Shown in pieces: positions 34,996 through 38,258 of a DNA stretch of 38,258 bases. The DNA lies in the IMG/VR virus record IMGVR_UViG_3300003432_000009, positions 1 through 38,258 of that record; one strand, written 5' to 3'. The DNA comes from a virus. Lineage: Duplodnaviria; Caudoviricetes. Within the stretch, counting starts at the first letter, position 1. Each line of letters opens with the position of its first letter. The notes under the pieces were generated by a model that did no database searches, was not told the DNA's origin, and saw only the letters and a list, made by a program, of their open reading frames with translations. Made by a program: the position numbers and the translations under genes.

Positions 34996-35933
34996 AAGAA
35001 CAGTTGATAATTAATGGACAAGGGGATACTAAAGATATTCAGCAATCCTCCCTTATCTCCCATCCTGACAAAAAACATCCCTTCATTGAACCCCAAAAAT
35101 GGCTCCAGTCGGCAATTGAAGATCAGCGTCAAAGAACTGAGATGGATGTATCTCAAAACGAAGCTACAGTTAAAATTCAGACTGGTTTGCCATGGGTGGG
35201 AATCTTTTTCACTGGAGACTGGCACTTGGGAAGCGACAAGGTTAATTATGAGTTGTGGGATCATCACCAGACTTTAGTATTGGAAACCCCCGGACTCTAT
35301 GAAGCGATTGTCGGGGATGAGAGGGATAATTTTGTATTGCCTAAATTTCATCAGGGATTATTTGAAGGGGTTTGGAATCCTGAACAGCAAGCAGAGTTTA
35401 TTACATGGTGGCTATTTCATTTAGACGAACAGGATAAGGTAATTGCTAGATGTGGCGGGAATCATGATGGGTGGACTTTCTCTCAATCAGGATTGAATTT
35501 AGAAACTTTATGGTCTAAACAAATGAAATCTCCCCTACTTAGAACCGGAGGATTTGTCCATACTTTCTTTAATGAAGTTAAATATGATTTATATCTTCAT
35601 CATGGATTAAGTATCTTCAATTCTACTTTTAATCCTAATCACGCAACTAAAAGAGCATATGAATTCCAGGGTAAATTTGATGTTGGAGCAATGGGCCACA
35701 CTCATGTCAGTGAGATTGCTCATGGCTGGAGAAATAATGACAGCCAACAGCACGACTACGTTCAGATTAGAACCGGGACTTATAAGATGGATGACCAATA
35801 TGCCAGATCAAAACAATTAGGTCGGGGCCAACCACCAGGAGCTACAGTTTTATTTAATACAAAAAATCGTGAAATGATGCCTTTTGCAAATTTAGAAGTT
35901 GCAGTAAAAGTTTTAGAATCACTTAATAAGTAG
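34992..35933 (+). CDS. Calcineurin-like metallophosphoesterase
   Basis: GDWHLG, GDERDN, GGNHD, HHG and GHTH motifs in order. Confidence 0.9.
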   Translation: MKEQLIINGQGDTKDIQQSSLISHPDKKHPFIEPQKWLQSAIEDQRQRTEMDVSQNEATVKIQTGLPWVGIFFTGDWHLGSDKVNYELWDHHQTLVLETPGLYEAIVGDERDNFVLPKFHQGLFEGVWNPEQQAEFITWWLFHLDEQDKVIARCGGNHDGWTFSQSGLNLETLWSKQMKSPLLRTGGFVHTFFNEVKYDLYLHHGLSIFNSTFNPNHATKRAYEFQGKFDVGAMGHTHVSEIAHGWRNNDSQQHDYVQIRTGTYKMDDQYARSKQLGRGQPPGATVLFNTKNREMMPFANLEVAVKVLESLNK

Positions 35934-36044
35934 TTATCTAACCCCCATCATTGAATACCACATAACTACTAACATTACAAAAATAAACAATGCACAACTA
36001 AGAGAATCTATAATCGGTTGTTTAGGGAAGTTGTAATTATCCAT
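35934..36044 (-). CDS. Small single-TM peptide (36 aa, not in the ORF track)
   Basis: MDNYNFPKQPIIDSLSCALFIFVMLVVMWYSMMGVR; AAAGGA SD. Confidence 0.5.
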   Translation of the reverse strand: MDNYNFPKQPIIDSLSCALFIFVMLVVMWYSMMGVR

Positions 36045-36060
36045 TTTTTCCTTTCAAACT

Positions 36061-36207
36061 CTATGAGTGAGTTAGAACTACCTCGTTTTTATATAACCAA
36101 TACGCCATATCTTTTTCGGTTTTAAATTTATATTCCGAAACTTTTTTCTTACCGACAAATACAGCCACTCCATATTCAAATTTCCATTTTCCCTTTGCTT
36201 TTGACAT
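36061..36207 (-). CDS. Small hypothetical protein (48 aa, not in the ORF track)
   Basis: MSKAKGKWKFEYGVAVFVG...; TAACTATG junction. Confidence 0.55.
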   Translation of the reverse strand: MSKAKGKWKFEYGVAVFVGKKKVSEYKFKTEKDMAYWLYKNEVVLTHS

Positions 36208-36209
36208 AG

Positions 36210-36404
36210 TTAATCCTTTCGTAAAATAAACTTTGCACTGGAAATATAACCTAAAAGCTGGTGTACCCGTTCAGGAATACACGCATTTACAATACTATTT
36301 TGATGTAAATTTATTTCATTTTCTGCCAAATCCGCTATTACTAGTAATTGTTTAAACCAGTCTCTTGGGACTGTTATTTCTTTTTCATCATCTGTTTTTG
36401 ACAT
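36210..36404 (-). CDS. Hypothetical protein
   Basis: Tightly packed minus-strand ORF array. Confidence 0.65.
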   Translation of the reverse strand: MSKTDDEKEITVPRDWFKQLLVIADLAENEINLHQNSIVNACIPERVHQLLGYISSAKFILRKD

Positions 36405-36406
36405 AG

Positions 36407-36661
36407 TTAGAACTCCAAATTAGGCGTACACGCTTTACAATGAACACAATGAGCTATCATATAAATTCTACCTAATACAGTTGCCATTTCTTTTGCCTCT
36501 GATTGTTTATAAGGAATATCAATCGCTTCGGTAGTCTTTCTATCAAAGCGAAAATGACCATCAATCATATCAAATCCCCAATCGTTATCCACTAAATTAT
36601 CTATGGCTTCAATCATTTTTTTATATGGTAATATTCGTTTTTTCATATCTTCTTGCCTCAT
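36407..36661 (-). CDS. Hypothetical protein with C-terminal HCxxCxxC
   Basis: AHCVHCKAC; array context. Confidence 0.65.
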   Translation of the reverse strand: MRQEDMKKRILPYKKMIEAIDNLVDNDWGFDMIDGHFRFDRKTTEAIDIPYKQSEAKEMATVLGRIYMIAHCVHCKACTPNLEF

Positions 36662-36689
36662 CCCTTAGAAAAGGGAAAAGGTAAAAAAA

Positions 36690-37037
36690 CTACATTTCTA
36701 CGTTAAAAACACCGCCTTTTAGCTGATATGCTGATTTAATTGACTCTCCATTAGTTATTCCAACACCATTTGTTGTCGCTTTATATTCAGCAGTATTTAA
36801 GTTGCTTTTGTATTCAGTATTTACTGTATTACAGTACCACGGCTGCTCCCACCATTGGGGATATGTTTTGTAAATAATCGGATAATTCCAATTATTGATT
36901 GTGGTATGAGTTTCCAACGTAAAATCCTTCCATTCGTTATTAGGAAACATATTTTTTAATGTTTCAATCAATTTAGAGAATTTAATATTTTCTTCTATTT
37001 TGATAGTCTTATTAGTTGTATCAAGTTGTAATTTCAT
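36690..37037 (-). CDS. Hypothetical protein
   Basis: Strong GGAGGTGA SD. Confidence 0.75.
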   Translation of the reverse strand: MKLQLDTTNKTIKIEENIKFSKLIETLKNMFPNNEWKDFTLETHTTINNWNYPIIYKTYPQWWEQPWYCNTVNTEYKSNLNTAEYKATTNGVGITNGESIKSAYQLKGGVFNVEM

Positions 37038-37074
37038 AATTCACCTCCCTTCCTCTTTCCTCTTGTGAGAGGGG

Positions 37075-37341
37075 TTAAACTAAATCTTCTATTAATAATT
37101 TACGCATATCATCTATAGCTTGGTTATAACCATCTATATACGCATCATCTATTTTTCCTTCTTTAATTGTTTTTTCTTTCATAAACATACGTTTTAACAT
37201 ACCAGGAGGTACTTGTTGCTTTTCCCAATCTTCTGGTAAAACATCAATAATAGCCTGAATTATTTTCCCATAGGCAGACTTATCTGAATATCTATCGTCA
37301 TGTAAATATTTACTTAATTGAGTATATATTTCGTCTATCAT
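37075..37341 (-). CDS. Hypothetical protein with C-terminal GYNQAI motif
   Basis: ATG at 37341 with GAGGGAG SD; DGYNQAIDDM is a motif common in small phage proteins. Confidence 0.7.
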   Translation of the reverse strand: MIDEIYTQLSKYLHDDRYSDKSAYGKIIQAIIDVLPEDWEKQQVPPGMLKRMFMKEKTIKEGKIDDAYIDGYNQAIDDMRKLLIEDLV

Positions 37342-37370
37342 ATTTTTCTCCCTCAAGAGGGAATAGTTTG

Positions 37371-37546
37371 GATTAAGGACTTTAAGCTGAATGGTAGAGA
37401 TTTCCGTTTGTCACTCTACATAAGCCTTGGCGACTTAGCAATGTTTATCGTGATGGACTCTCAATTATTGCCAATTTAGCGTCTACTATTGTTGCCTTGA
37501 TAGCTTCCCCGTCTATTCCGCCACATCCAGCTTACAATCCTCAATC
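37371..37546 (-). ncRNA. tRNA-like structured RNA with expanded loops and a 23-bp closing stem
   Basis: GATTGAGGATTGTAAGCTGGATG pairs with CATTCAGCTTAAAGTCCTTAATC (3 G-U, 1 mismatch); TGGCGGAATAG...GTAGACGC D-arm; GTAGAG/CTCTAC T-arm-like stem. Confidence 0.7.
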
Positions 37547-37559
37547 ACTTGTTAATTTG

Positions 37560-37682
37560 CTACTGTCCTGCATTACAATCTTCACAATAATCTTTTCCAT
37601 TTATATGACTTTGGATATTCCATGATCCACAGTTCCAACATCTTCCTAATAAACTCCACCATAATTCTTTTAACCATTTCAT
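37560..37682 (-). CDS. Small Zn-ribbon protein (40 aa, not in the ORF track)
   Basis: MKWLKELWWSLLGRCWNCGS...YCEDCNAGQ with two CxxC pairs. Confidence 0.65.
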   Translation of the reverse strand: MKWLKELWWSLLGRCWNCGSWNIQSHINGKDYCEDCNAGQ

Positions 37683-37683
37683 A

Positions 37684-37902
37684 TTATTTAAGTTGGGCAG
37701 ATTGCCCTGCTATTGGCGTTATAATCGGTTGATTGATCCATCCGTTTATGTTTTGGCTTGTTTTAAATCCAAGAGCGTAAATAACAGCGACTGCAAGACA
37801 ACCAATAAAAAAGCTGATTGTTTTATTAATAAGAACTGACCAACTAAACTGTCGTCTTTCTGGTTCATAATCATATCCTCCATAAATTTGTGAGTAATTC
37901 AT
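37684..37902 (-). CDS. Small single-TM membrane protein
   Basis: Likely start MNYSQ at 37902; TM segment TISFFIGCLAVAVIYALGF. Confidence 0.65.
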   Translation of the reverse strand: MNYSQIYGGYDYEPERRQFSWSVLINKTISFFIGCLAVAVIYALGFKTSQNINGWINQPIITPIAGQSAQLK

Positions 37903-37973
37903 ATATTCCTTAACCATTCTGTTATCCCAATACCCATTAGAAAATTAATTATGATAAAAAAGATAAGATTCAT
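37899..37973 (-). CDS. 24-aa hydrophobic peptide (not in the ORF track)
   Basis: MNLIFFIIINFLMGIGITEWLRNI; TAACTATG start junction and ATGA overlap with the next gene. Confidence 0.45.
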   Translation of the reverse strand: MNLIFFIIINFLMGIGITEWLRNI

Positions 37974-37975
37974 AG

Positions 37976-38257
37976 TTATTTAAAATCACTTTCGTTATAT
38001 TCTCCTAAATACTTACCATGTTTACCGAATACTTTTGCTTTCCCTTGGACAAATACGATCATTATTCCAAGTTTTAAGAAATCAAAAAACCAATGTTTGA
38101 TGGGAAGTCCTAAAACGACTTTGATTGCCCAATAAGATGTCGCCCTAACCTGATCCCAAACCTGATCCCCAACCTGATCCCTAACCTGATCCCTAACCTG
38201 ATCCCCAACCTGATCCCCAACCTGATCCCCAACCTGAGCCCAAACCTGATCCCCAAC
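37976..38257 (-). CDS. Partial protein (5' end outside the window) with V[G/R/W]DQ tetrapeptide repeats
   Basis: Open frame ...VGDQVWAQVGDQ...VRDQVGDQVWDQVRATSYWAIKVVLG...GEYNESDFK*. Confidence 0.75.
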   Translation of the reverse strand, partial: VGDQVWAQVGDQVGDQVGDQVRDQVRDQVGDQVWDQVRATSYWAIKVVLGLPIKHWFFDFLKLGIMIVFVQGKAKVFGKHGKYLGEYNESDFK

Positions 38258-38258
38258 C
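38143..38258. repeat. 12-bp tandem repeat (CCC[C/T/A]AACCTGAT), about 9.7 copies, running off the window end
   Basis: Read directly from the sequence; in frame with the 37976-38257 ORF. Confidence 0.95.

Larger units (their letters stand above)
1..38258. mobile_element. Tailed dsDNA bacteriophage genome segment (podovirus-like gene order); free phage or prophage cannot be decided
   Basis: Order terS-terL-portal-scaffold-capsid-tail tube A/B-ejection proteins-fibre-lysis. No tape-measure or sheath gene recognised; no integrase, att site or host housekeeping gene seen. Confidence 0.95.

Noticed and set aside
371-35798. Numerous short antisense or out-of-frame ORFs in the track (e.g. 1910-2347, 6897-7280, 7658-8077, 8400-8747, 34203-34622)
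   Set aside because: They are shadows of well-supported genes on the other strand or frame and have no recognisable motifs.
37386-37531. Canonical tRNA-Leu gene
   Set aside because: No 7-nt anticodon loop, no TTCRA T-loop, no CCA and oversized loops. Reported instead as a tRNA-like ncRNA.
38143-38258. CRISPR array or telomere-like repeat
   Set aside because: The units are contiguous 12-mers without spacers and lie in an open reading frame.
1-38258. Stop-codon reassignment
   Set aside because: Genes are full length and tightly packed under the standard bacterial code, ending in TAA, TAG and TGA.

Overview
The window is a contiguous piece of an AT-rich tailed dsDNA phage genome, probably podovirus-like. 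No integrase or host genes are visible. The + strand (59-35933) carries terS, terL, a stand-alone sigma-70 region-4-like HTH protein, portal, a lysozyme-like protein, scaffold, major capsid and a decoration protein. These are followed by an 8-gene sugar-modification cassette (three GT-A/GT2-like transferases, a DegT aminotransferase, methyltransferases, WbqC and a CgeB-like GT), then appendage/tail genes with a free HNH endonuclease, tail tubular A/B-like and ejection proteins, a tail fibre, a C39-peptidase lysis module and a metallophosphoesterase. A convergent - strand arm of small ORFs (35934-38258) ends inside a 12-bp coding tandem repeat. Four signals stand out. (1) Six copies of a non-canonical promoter, GGATAA-N17-TATNAT, head the virion modules, and the first copy overlaps the end of the sigma4-only gene, suggesting a dedicated late-transcription system. 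(2) The glycosylation cassette has its own host-type promoter and a structured leader. (3) Two unrelated 5' leaders share an interleaved A1-B1-A2-B2 switch/pseudoknot architecture. (4) A tRNA-like ncRNA with expanded loops sits on a 23-bp closing stem. All protein calls are from motifs and synteny read by eye; no database searches were run.
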